Part shown: piece after piece, positions 1 to 8,015 of the stretch | How positions within the stretch are numbered: position 1 is the stretch's first letter | Layout of the letters: every line of letters starts with the position of its first letter | Source: a virus | Taxonomy: Duplodnaviria; Caudoviricetes | Strand: one strand, 5' to 3' | IMG/VR virus record: IMGVR_UViG_3300009024_000065 | Location: 1 to 25,136 of that record | DNA length: 25,136 nt | Translations under genes and position numbers: made by a program | The notes under the pieces: model-generated | Told to the model about the DNA's origin: nothing | What the model saw: the letters and a program-made list of their open reading frames with translations, nothing else | Databases searched by the model: none

Positions 1-243
1 TCCACCATCAACGCTAAGAAGTCCGTACTTGACGGAATTGGACATGTATCAGGAATTATTGAGAACGACATACTCTTTGTTGATCAAGAAGCAAACCAGT
101 CTTTAGCATGCCTTGATGCCTATCAGTGGGACCCAAACCCCAATCTAATGAAGGAAAAACCGAAACACAATATGGCATCTCACATGGCAGATGCGTTACG
201 GTACGGATTATACTCATTTCAAATCTCAAATGTATCCTTCTAA
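1..243 (+). CDS. terL: Terminase large subunit, C-terminal fragment (5'-truncated by window)
   Basis: Frame 1 translates STINAKKSVLDGIGHVSGIIENDILFVDQEANQSLACLDAYQWDPNPNLMKEKPKHNMASHMADALRYGLYSFQISNVSF* (TAA 241-243). AKKSVLDG and KP.H...H..DALRY are typical of the T5-type terminase nuclease C-terminus. It lies upstream of HNH and portal. Confidence 0.92.
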   Translation, partial: STINAKKSVLDGIGHVSGIIENDILFVDQEANQSLACLDAYQWDPNPNLMKEKPKHNMASHMADALRYGLYSFQISNVSF

Positions 244-255
244 TGATACCAGCTC

Positions 256-295
256 AAAAATAGTTATTGACAAGTTAGCTTAAACTAGATATAAT
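256..295 (+). promoter_or_regulatory. Consensus sigma70-type promoter for the head operon
   Basis: TTGACA 267-272, 17-bp spacer, TATAAT 290-295, with an A-tract at 256-260. It is intergenic between terL and the HNH gene. Confidence 0.9.
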
Positions 296-328
296 TCTTT
301 AAATGAAAAATAAAGGAACCAGAGGAAA

Positions 329-694
329 ATGCCTAAGTTAAAACGTGACATTGTAAAGTATGTACGAGATAAGGCAAAATCCAAGTATGAGAAGGGTTCC
401 TCTTGCGAGATTTGTGGTGCAACAGAGCAGTTAGACTTTCACCACTTTTACAGTCTCACACCATTGTTAAACAAATGGATAAAAGATAACAATCACAATC
501 CCGAGTACATTCAAGCACTTCGGGATGATTTTATAGAAGAGCATCATGCTGAGCTATATGAACACACATCTACTTTGTGTCATACTCATCATTTGAAACT
601 TCATTCAATTTACGGTAAAGATCCAGCACTGACTACAGCTACAAAGCAGATGCGTTGGGTAAAGATTCAAAGAGAAAAACATGGCTTGGTATAA
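329..694 (+). CDS. HNH endonuclease (packaging-associated / T5-like nicking endonuclease)
   Basis: CEIC zinc knuckle, LDFHH and TLCHTHHLKLH motifs. It sits between terminase and portal as in T5-like phages, with a GAGGA RBS upstream. Confidence 0.85.
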   Translation: MPKLKRDIVKYVRDKAKSKYEKGSSCEICGATEQLDFHHFYSLTPLLNKWIKDNNHNPEYIQALRDDFIEEHHAELYEHTSTLCHTHHLKLHSIYGKDPALTTATKQMRWVKIQREKHGLV

Positions 695-1865
695 TCCTTT
701 TAGTAAAAAACCTGTCGAAGAGAAGTTGAATCCTGCTCAACAATATATGGGCAATGAGACAGCGGGTTCTAGAGAGCCGGTATTTAGCTATGAAAAGTAC
801 TATGAAGAATTAGAAATTGTAAATCGTGGTGTAAATATGCTCGTAGATGACGTTGCAGCAATACCAACGATTGTACAAAGAGATTATAAGAATGACGGAG
901 TTGTTAAAGGTGTAAAAAGAGCTAGGGTTGAAAACTTACTTAATCATCAACCAAACCCTTATCAAGATGTTAGCTCCTTCCGAAGAAACCTTATTACAGA
1001 CTATCTACTAGATGGAAATATCTTTATTTACTTTGACGGTGCACATATGTACCACCTTCCTGCGGATAAAGTTACTATTCATGCAGATAAAAAGACTTAC
1101 GTTGAGAAGTACACATATCAGGACATTGATTATTTACCGCAAGAAATTATTCATGTAAAAGAAAATTCGTTTCACTCCCTATACAGAGGAGTTTCACGAT
1201 TAAGACCTGCAGTTCGCACAATGAGACTTATATATCAAATGCGAAACTTTCAGGATAACTTTTTTCAGAACGGAGCAGTTCCAGGACTTGTACTTAAATC
1301 TCCTAACACTCTTTCTGAAAAAATTAAAGAACGTATGATGGTATCGTGGCAGTCACGTTATCGTCCTGATACTGGCGGACGTAGACCGTTAATTTTAGAT
1401 GGCGGTTTAGAAGTAGACAGTATTTCAGATACTAATTTTAAAGATTTAGATTTTCAAAACTCCATATTAGAGAACGAAAAGGTTATTTTGAAATCACTAG
1501 GTATACCCCCTATCTTATTGGACTCAGGAAACAATGCAAACTTGAGACCAAATATGAGATTATACTACTTAGAAGCAGTTTTACCTATAGTACAAAAACT
1601 AAACCACTCTATTGAGAGATACTTTGGTTTTGGTATTAAAGAAGATATTACAGACATCCCAGCACTTCAACCAGAATTGAGAGATGCAGCTTCTTACTAT
1701 TCTTCTTTAGTAAATGGTGGGATTATTAGCCCGAATGAAGCAAGAGAGTCGTTGGGTTATGACCCTAGAGAAGAGGCAGAAGATATACGCGTACCTGCAA
1801 ACATTGCCGGTTCAGCAGCAAATCCAGAAGAGGGCGGACGCCCGGTAGAGGAAGAGGAAGAATGA
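681..1865 (+). CDS. Portal protein (HK97 family, T5 pb7-like)
   Basis: Motifs LLNHQPNPYQ, LLDGNIFIY, EIIHVKENS, NFFQNGAVPGLVL, LGIPPILL and GIISPNEARESLGY; 394 aa; synteny. Confidence 0.95.
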   Translation: MAWYNPFSKKPVEEKLNPAQQYMGNETAGSREPVFSYEKYYEELEIVNRGVNMLVDDVAAIPTIVQRDYKNDGVVKGVKRARVENLLNHQPNPYQDVSSFRRNLITDYLLDGNIFIYFDGAHMYHLPADKVTIHADKKTYVEKYTYQDIDYLPQEIIHVKENSFHSLYRGVSRLRPAVRTMRLIYQMRNFQDNFFQNGAVPGLVLKSPNTLSEKIKERMMVSWQSRYRPDTGGRRPLILDGGLEVDSISDTNFKDLDFQNSILENEKVILKSLGIPPILLDSGNNANLRPNMRLYYLEAVLPIVQKLNHSIERYFGFGIKEDITDIPALQPELRDAASYYSSLVNGGIISPNEARESLGYDPREEAEDIRVPANIAGSAANPEEGGRPVEEEEE

Positions 1866-2185
1866 TTACACCTACGAGAAAAAGAAAAATACGACAAGAA
1901 GTAGCAATGCTTTTAGCGGAACACGGACTGGATAAAATTACAGATGCAAAAACTCTGTTACATTATCCAATGGAGCATATGAGTACTCATGCTACTTTTA
2001 AGAAAATATTTAAAAACTGGGGGAGCTTGGTAGCATCTCTAAAAGTATCTCACCCAGATTTAATGGAGATGGCAGAAAGTAAAGCAAAGCCAGCTCCAAA
2101 AGCTACACCAAAGCCAAAAGCTACACCAAAGCCAAAAGCTGCGGCTAAGCCTGCTGCGAAATCAGCAGTTAAGAAAGGAAAATAG
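1862..2185 (+). CDS. Hypothetical protein with Lys/Ala/Pro-rich basic C-terminal tail
   Basis: 107 aa ORF coupled to the portal by an ATGA overlap (1862-1865). It fills the gap to the protease gene and ends in KAKPAPKATPKPKATPKPKAAAKPAAKSAVKKGK. Confidence 0.75.
   Translation: MITPTRKRKIRQEVAMLLAEHGLDKITDAKTLLHYPMEHMSTHATFKKIFKNWGSLVASLKVSHPDLMEMAESKAKPAPKATPKPKATPKPKAAAKPAAKSAVKKGK
2096..2140 (+). repeat. 18-bp tandem repeat, 2.5 copies (encodes PKATPK)
   Basis: ccaaaagctacaccaaag at 2096-2113 and 2114-2131, then ccaaaagct at 2132-2140. Confidence 0.9.
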
Positions 2186-2187
2186 TT

Positions 2188-4227
2188 ATGAATAAACTAT
2201 TTAATTTAACCTCTACTTTTAAAGCTGCGGAAGCAGATGATGGATCAGTAATGATTCGTGGTATGGCAAGTACAGCTGATTTTGATCGCGCGGGTGACTC
2301 AATCTCTGCTGAGGCTTGGACAAAAGGTGGACTTGCAAATTTTGAAAAAAATCCAATTATCTTATTTAATCACGATTATGATAAGCCAATTGGTAGAGCC
2401 ACAGGTCTGAAAGCTGGACCAAATGGACTAGAGTTAGAATGTAAGATTAGTAAGGCGGCGCCTGCTAATGTTGCACAACTTGTTAAAGACGGTGTTCTTG
2501 GAGCCTTTTCTGTTGGTTTTCGAGTCAAGGACGCTGATTACTTAAAGGAAACCGACGGACTAATGATTAAGGACGCTGAGCTGTTTGAGGTATCGGTAGT
2601 ATCTGTACCATGCAATCAATCAGCTACTTTTTCGCTCGCGAAGTCATTTGACTCTGATGAAGAGTATAATGAATTCAAAAAAACTTTCACAAATCGTGTA
2701 GATCTAGCCGGTCAGTCTCTGGCTAAGGACGAAGATACTTCTTCAAATATAGCTAGTGACCACACACCGAAAAGCGCGGATGATATATCCGCAGATCAGG
2801 AGATCAAGATGGATAATAAAGACATCGACTTGGAAGCTTTCGCAAAACAAGTAGCAGAAGATACTGCTGCTAAGATTGCTATGAAGCAAGCCGAGCAAAA
2901 AGCAGCTGAAGAAGCACAAGCTAAAGCAGCTCAAGAAGCATCTGAAGCGAAAGCTTTAGAAGCAGAATCAATTAAAAGTGTAGTAAACTCTGGTGTTGAA
3001 TCAGGTGTTGAAAAACTTATGGCAGACGTTGAAGCAAAAATGTCTGAAAAAGACGCATCTCTAACAGAAGTTATGGAAACTTTCCGTAGCGAACTTGAAG
3101 AGAAGAAAGCAGAAATCAAAGCGATGCAGGAAAGCAAAAAATCTTTCTCAGATCGTTCAGAAAAAGCTGACTTAAGTAAGTTCGGTAAAGACTTCTTGAA
3201 TGCTCGCATTCTTGGCGCTATTACTGGTAAAGGTTATGATACTGATTTCGGTCGTAGCATCATGGAAAAAACAGGTGCTGTTGCTGAGAATGTAGGTAGC
3301 TTAAACACTGTTGTTTCTCAGCAGTTTATTGACGAAGTAGGTTATGCTCAGCAGTTGGGTGGTTTGTTCCCAGAGCTTGCTGTAACTTCTGCAAAAACTA
3401 CTTTGCCAATCACTAGAACTCCTAAAGAAGCAACTTTTGGAACTGGTGGTCTAACCGACACTAATCAACTAGTAAACGCTGGCGATACTGCAGCAAGTGG
3501 CCAAGGCTATGACGTAGAAGACGTTACAGTATCAGCTTTCCGTTTGATCGCAGGTACTTATGTTCTTAACGATACTGATGAGCAACTTGTTGTATCATTA
3601 CTACCTCAGATTACTAAGCAGCTTGCTAAGGCTCACGCATCAGCGGTTGATAAGTCAATTCTTTATGGCGCAGCTGGTTACAGCTCTCACGGTCTAGTGG
3701 GTACTGCTGGTGCTCAGAACTCAGGTTCTGCTATCGCAGCAGATGGCGGGTCTACCTCAACAGCTACATTTGATGCTGCGAACAATGCGGGTAACGCATA
3801 CCCAACTCCGGTTCAGTTAGCAGGTCTACGTTCAGGTATGGGTGCATATGGTCAGGACACTAATGACTTGGCTATTATTATTGCTCCAGATGCTTACTAC
3901 AGCATCATTCACACAGACGGCTTCACTGATATCTCAGAAGTTGGTAGTGATTTCGCCACTAAACTAACTGGTGAAGTGGGTAGCATCTTCGGCGTTAAAG
4001 TTATCGTTTCTGATCGCTTAGTGTCTAAAGCTGCAAGCGGCATTGCTGGTATTATGGTTAATACTTCTAACTTTGTACGTCCACGTCTTGGTGGTGTAAA
4101 CTTCGAGACTGAGTACTCAGTTCTTAACCAACGCACTAACCTTGTTGCAAGTCAATCAGTTGGCTTCAACCGTCTAGTTAGCGCAAATGCTTCGGCACAG
4201 CGTTTGATGTACCCAGACAACTCTTAA
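2188..4227 (+). CDS. Prohead protease (HK97/S78 type) fused in frame to major capsid protein
   Basis: The N-terminal ~170 aa carry GMAST..DRAGD, PIILFNHD..PIG, GAFSVGF and ELFEVSVVSVPCN. These are followed by a coiled-coil delta/scaffold region and an HK97-fold capsid C-terminus (VDKSILYG, GSIFGVKVIVSD). There is no stop between the parts. Confidence 0.93.
   Translation: MNKLFNLTSTFKAAEADDGSVMIRGMASTADFDRAGDSISAEAWTKGGLANFEKNPIILFNHDYDKPIGRATGLKAGPNGLELECKISKAAPANVAQLVKDGVLGAFSVGFRVKDADYLKETDGLMIKDAELFEVSVVSVPCNQSATFSLAKSFDSDEEYNEFKKTFTNRVDLAGQSLAKDEDTSSNIASDHTPKSADDISADQEIKMDNKDIDLEAFAKQVAEDTAAKIAMKQAEQKAAEEAQAKAAQEASEAKALEAESIKSVVNSGVESGVEKLMADVEAKMSEKDASLTEVMETFRSELEEKKAEIKAMQESKKSFSDRSEKADLSKFGKDFLNARILGAITGKGYDTDFGRSIMEKTGAVAENVGSLNTVVSQQFIDEVGYAQQLGGLFPELAVTSAKTTLPITRTPKEATFGTGGLTDTNQLVNAGDTAASGQGYDVEDVTVSAFRLIAGTYVLNDTDEQLVVSLLPQITKQLAKAHASAVDKSILYGAAGYSSHGLVGTAGAQNSGSAIAADGGSTSTATFDAANNAGNAYPTPVQLAGLRSGMGAYGQDTNDLAIIIAPDAYYSIIHTDGFTDISEVGSDFATKLTGEVGSIFGVKVIVSDRLVSKAASGIAGIMVNTSNFVRPRLGGVNFETEYSVLNQRTNLVASQSVGFNRLVSANASAQRLMYPDNS
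2809..4227 (+). CDS. Major capsid protein precursor from internal in-frame start (472 aa: delta domain + HK97 fold)
   Basis: AGGAG at 2798-2802 lies 6 nt before an in-frame ATG at 2809 (Met208, MDNKDIDLEAF). The resulting size is similar to the T5 pb8 precursor. Confidence 0.75.
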   Translation: MDNKDIDLEAFAKQVAEDTAAKIAMKQAEQKAAEEAQAKAAQEASEAKALEAESIKSVVNSGVESGVEKLMADVEAKMSEKDASLTEVMETFRSELEEKKAEIKAMQESKKSFSDRSEKADLSKFGKDFLNARILGAITGKGYDTDFGRSIMEKTGAVAENVGSLNTVVSQQFIDEVGYAQQLGGLFPELAVTSAKTTLPITRTPKEATFGTGGLTDTNQLVNAGDTAASGQGYDVEDVTVSAFRLIAGTYVLNDTDEQLVVSLLPQITKQLAKAHASAVDKSILYGAAGYSSHGLVGTAGAQNSGSAIAADGGSTSTATFDAANNAGNAYPTPVQLAGLRSGMGAYGQDTNDLAIIIAPDAYYSIIHTDGFTDISEVGSDFATKLTGEVGSIFGVKVIVSDRLVSKAASGIAGIMVNTSNFVRPRLGGVNFETEYSVLNQRTNLVASQSVGFNRLVSANASAQRLMYPDNS

Positions 4228-4243
4228 TAGTAGTAATACTTTT

Positions 4244-4277
4244 AAACTTCGGGGAGGTTCGCCTCCCCCAAGTTTTT
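4244..4277 (+). terminator. Rho-independent terminator after capsid gene
   Basis: aaactt-c-GGGGAGG-TTCG-CCTCCCC-c-aagttttt: a 7-bp GC stem with a UUCG tetraloop, an outer stem and a T-run. Confidence 0.88.
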
Positions 4278-4297
4278 ACTAATGGACTTATAGAATT

Positions 4298-4882
4298 ATG
4301 GCAAATTTAATAACACTTGCAGACTACAAAGACTCAGAGAATATTCAGAAAACTACTGATGATACTCGTCTGACAGCTTTGGTAACTTCCGTGAGTCAAT
4401 TAGTAAAAACTTATTGTGGAAATAGTATAGTAGATTATTATAGCTCCGCTAAAGCGGAAGAGTTTACAATTAACTGGGGCACTAACCTTGTTCAGCTTAC
4501 AGAAAGCCCTGCAAATGCTATCACTACTGTACAGTATAGAGATAGCTATAGTGCTTCCTACAAAACTCTCCCTGCAACAGAGTGGTTCCTAGATAAATCA
4601 ACCGATACTGTTTACAGAGTGAATAAAAGTGGCACAGCAGTGAATTGGCCTACCGGCCCAGGATCTGTAAAAATCACTTATACAGCAGGATATGAAAATT
4701 GTCCTGAAGATTTAAAACTAGCGGTTATTGATTTGATTACTTACTATCATAAAGATGAGCACAAAGCTCGTCAAACAATAGCAGGTGCAAGCATTCAGAA
4801 TAATGCTTCTTCAAGTCAAAGAGATAACGTAGCGTTCCCTGACCATATTAAAAGAGTCTTGGATTTATATAAAAACTTCTAA
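4298..4882 (+). CDS. Head completion / head-tail connector protein (T5 p144-like)
   Basis: Motifs LITLADYK, VSQLVKTYCG and VKITYTAGY..CPEDLKLAVIDLITYY, with C-terminal FPDHIKRVLDLYK. It directly follows the MCP. Confidence 0.85.
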   Translation: MANLITLADYKDSENIQKTTDDTRLTALVTSVSQLVKTYCGNSIVDYYSSAKAEEFTINWGTNLVQLTESPANAITTVQYRDSYSASYKTLPATEWFLDKSTDTVYRVNKSGTAVNWPTGPGSVKITYTAGYENCPEDLKLAVIDLITYYHKDEHKARQTIAGASIQNNASSSQRDNVAFPDHIKRVLDLYKNF

Positions 4883-6300
4883 TGAGTACTCAGAGTCTAC
4901 TAAGGTTTTTAGAAGAATTGAATAAAGACCTATCGGCACCTGATATAGCCCAAGAGAAGAGATTAGAGTATAACTTAAATACTCATACTTTTGGATATGA
5001 AGAAGAAGTTTTTATACTGGAAATGTTAAAAGAGTTACGTACTCGTGGTATAAGAATAAGCAAGAAAAGATCAGATAACTTAGTAAGACTGGCAAATATT
5101 TTTACAAAAGAATTATATAAAGAGTTATCCGCCTTAAACGAAAAAGCAAAAACAAAAAGCGGTATAACCAGACTATCGGGCAATGATAAAAATTTTAGTT
5201 TTGTATTCACAACAGATATACGAACTGGAAAATGTCCAAATAATTGGGCTCAAGGACAAGCAGACGTTTTTGATAAAATAAAGCAAGTCTATGGAGAGTC
5301 TTATAGAAGATTCTTTTTTGGTGTAAGAGATATATTTGCAAAAGGGACAAAAGGCAGAGAAAAGTTTGACCTATCTTTTAAACGGGGTCAAAGACTGTCA
5401 AAAGGTCAAATGGGACAATCCGGTCACGCAGAGGGTGAAGGTATTGTTGAAACAATGACCAGGGAGTTTTTCGATAAACACGCAAATTTAGTGTTTAATA
5501 AAAATAACCCAAAAGAACAATTAATAGAGGCACAGCTACTGAGTGACTTACAAAAACTGGGAATTGATTTAAGTTTTATGAGAAATACTAATGATAAAAC
5601 TTTTTCAATCTCTCTTATCGGTAGAGGGGGCAATGATTTTGACGGTAAGGCAATAAGAGCACAAGTAGCAGCAGCTAAAAAGAGAATGGATGAACTAATC
5701 AATAACCCTGAAATGATTAAGTTTATGGCAGAAGATTTACAAGGATCAGATAGTTTTTCTACAATACAACGAAAAGAGTTAGCTAAAAAAGCAACTGATC
5801 CATTTAAGAAAGTTAAAAAAGCTAGAGTTAAAACTCAAAATACAAAAATTAAACACAGTAAGAAAACTGTAACTAAGAAGAATAAAAGTTCTGGACAATC
5901 AGCAGGAAGAAGGAAGCAAGCAGTAAAAGTAGCAGGAGTAGCTGGATTAAAAAGACGAAAACAAAAAGAGTCTATAGCTTCTCAACCCTTACAACTACTA
6001 ACTATGTTAAACCAGAGATTACCAGAAACAGTAAGAAAAAATATGAAGTCTCCCGGACTTGTAAATAGATCAGGAAGATTCGCAGATAGTGTAGAAGTTG
6101 TGGATGTAACTCAGACTCCTAAAGGATTTCCAAGTTTTGGATATACTTATAGAAAGAACCCTTATCAAGTGTTTGAAGAGGGAGCAGGAAAAGAGCCTTG
6201 GGCAGATGGAAACAGAGATCCAAGAGAGTTAATTGATAGATCTATACGAGAAGTAGCCAAAGATATGGCAATAGGCAGATTCTTTACTAGGAGAATATAA
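4882..6300 (+). CDS. Tail completion protein (T5 p143-like C-terminal domain) with long N-terminal extension
   Basis: The C-terminal LVNRSGRFADSV...YTYRKNPYQVFE...RDPRELIDRSIREVA resembles T5 p143 as recalled. TAATG coupling on both sides; synteny. Confidence 0.72.
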   Translation: MSTQSLLRFLEELNKDLSAPDIAQEKRLEYNLNTHTFGYEEEVFILEMLKELRTRGIRISKKRSDNLVRLANIFTKELYKELSALNEKAKTKSGITRLSGNDKNFSFVFTTDIRTGKCPNNWAQGQADVFDKIKQVYGESYRRFFFGVRDIFAKGTKGREKFDLSFKRGQRLSKGQMGQSGHAEGEGIVETMTREFFDKHANLVFNKNNPKEQLIEAQLLSDLQKLGIDLSFMRNTNDKTFSISLIGRGGNDFDGKAIRAQVAAAKKRMDELINNPEMIKFMAEDLQGSDSFSTIQRKELAKKATDPFKKVKKARVKTQNTKIKHSKKTVTKKNKSSGQSAGRRKQAVKVAGVAGLKRRKQKESIASQPLQLLTMLNQRLPETVRKNMKSPGLVNRSGRFADSVEVVDVTQTPKGFPSFGYTYRKNPYQVFEEGAGKEPWADGNRDPRELIDRSIREVAKDMAIGRFFTRRI

Positions 6301-6752
6301 TGGCAACAAGAGACTATACAACACGACGTTTAGGTATTGTAAATGGTCTTGTTGACAAGCTAAAAACAATTAATGGGGCAGGACACTTTTTAACAGATTT
6401 AAATGAAAATGTCTCTCCTCGTTTAAAATTTTGGGATGAAGTGGAGGAGTTTCCCGCCGTTCACCTAAATGCAGGTTCCGAAACCAGAGAATATCAGGGT
6501 GGAGGATATAAGGATAGATTCCTTTCAGTAACTCTTCGTTGTTATGTACAGGACGAAGACTCTGTACTAGCTCTCGATGAGCTACTAGAAGATGTAGAGA
6601 CTGTATTGGAAGATAATTCGAGATTAGCGTATACGGATCGTACTGGTACGACCCAATACACTCAACAAATCACAGTTGTTGGTATTGATACTGACGAAGG
6701 TGTACTAGAACCTTTAGGCGTAGGTGAGATGACAATAGAGGTTCGATACTAG
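6300..6752 (+). CDS. Tail terminator protein (T5 p142-like)
   Basis: 150 aa acidic protein with FWDEVEEFPAVHL..GSETREY and IDTDEGVLEPLGVGEMTIEVRY. It lies immediately before the tail tube gene. Confidence 0.85.
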   Translation: MATRDYTTRRLGIVNGLVDKLKTINGAGHFLTDLNENVSPRLKFWDEVEEFPAVHLNAGSETREYQGGGYKDRFLSVTLRCYVQDEDSVLALDELLEDVETVLEDNSRLAYTDRTGTTQYTQQITVVGIDTDEGVLEPLGVGEMTIEVRY

Positions 6753-6814
6753 AAAATACTGGCACGAACAAAAGTTCACGTCCAAGTCTTTTCAAGATAC
6801 ATAGGAGATAAACT

Positions 6815-7951
6815 ATGGCAAATTCTTTACATTTAAGTCGCGAGGTAGAGGTCTATGTTAAGTACGATACGGATTATTGGAAAGTTCCTGTACTTGACGG
6901 CTTCAGCTTCTCGCAATCAACAAATACAGCAGAGGTAGCTGTTAAAGAGATGGCAAACGGTAGTAATGCTAGCCGTCGTGGTCGTTTAATGTTTAACGAT
7001 TCTATGGCTCCTGCAGAGTGGAGTTTCTCTACTTATGCTAGACCTTTCAAAAGAGTTGTTAGTGAGACTGACGAGCATCACATGATTGAAGAAGTTATGT
7101 GGGCTATGCTTAACCAAACACCTCATACTGCTTATAATAGTACTAGTAACAAATTTACCCAAGCCGATTCTATCGAGCAAGGTGATGCCGGTGCTAAAGT
7201 TAAGTTTAACAAATCAAACGTACTAACTGCTCCTTCAGCTACAATCTGGTTTAAATTCCCGGGTAATGATGCTGCTGATGGCGGTAATACCGATATTTGG
7301 TATGAGCTTGGTGATGCTACTGTTAATGAGTGTGCTGCTGAGTTTGATATTGATGGTATTACTACTCTTAACTGGTCAGGTTCTGCAAAATCATTAAGTG
7401 AAGCCTCAGGCAGTACTGTTACTGCTATCGGTAGTGCAACAATGGAAGTCACTGATGCTGAGATTCAAAATACCGGTAGCTTTATTCGTAACCGTTTGAC
7501 CCAGCTTACTGTAGCTTCAGCGATGGGCGGAGATATTGCAGCATCTTATAATCTAGTACTTACAGGTGGAAGCATTACTATTACTAATAACGTAGAATAT
7601 GTAACTCCTGCCAGCTTAGGTCAAGTTAATAAGCCTTTAGGACACACTCTTGGAGGTCGTACTGTATCAGGTAGCTTTACTTGTTACTTAGATCATAACA
7701 CAGCCTCAAGTGCTGATCTTATTGAAGATCTACTTGGTTCGCAAGGTGCAGTTAAGAATAAATTTGCTCTACTATTCCAAGTAGGCGGGGCATCATCTAC
7801 TCCACGAGTAGAGTTTGATATGAACCAATGTCACTTAGAAGTTCCTTCTCATAATGTTGAAGATGTTGTAGGTGTTGAAGTTAACTTCCACGCACTACCA
7901 ACAGATATCGGCGCTACTGACGAGTTAGAAGTTCTATATGTAGGTGCATAA
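6815..7951 (+). CDS. Major tail tube protein (T5 pb6-like)
   Basis: RG..MFNDSMAPAEWSFSTY, FIRNRLT.L, GGSITITNNVEYVTP and G.RTVSGSFTCYL match the pb6 family. Strong AGGAG RBS at 6803-6807. Confidence 0.93.
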   Translation: MANSLHLSREVEVYVKYDTDYWKVPVLDGFSFSQSTNTAEVAVKEMANGSNASRRGRLMFNDSMAPAEWSFSTYARPFKRVVSETDEHHMIEEVMWAMLNQTPHTAYNSTSNKFTQADSIEQGDAGAKVKFNKSNVLTAPSATIWFKFPGNDAADGGNTDIWYELGDATVNECAAEFDIDGITTLNWSGSAKSLSEASGSTVTAIGSATMEVTDAEIQNTGSFIRNRLTQLTVASAMGGDIAASYNLVLTGGSITITNNVEYVTPASLGQVNKPLGHTLGGRTVSGSFTCYLDHNTASSADLIEDLLGSQGAVKNKFALLFQVGGASSTPRVEFDMNQCHLEVPSHNVEDVVGVEVNFHALPTDIGATDELEVLYVGA

Positions 7952-7958
7952 CATACTG

Positions 7959-7998
7959 AAAAATATTTCTTGACATTTATGGTCCTTTGCACTATAAT
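7959..7998 (+). promoter_or_regulatory. Consensus sigma70-type promoter
   Basis: TTGACA 7970-7975, 17-bp spacer, TATAAT 7993-7998. The upstream AAAAATA.TT. context is shared with the promoter at 256-295. Confidence 0.85.
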
Positions 7999-8015
7999 AT
8001 GAGATAGAAAAAGTT

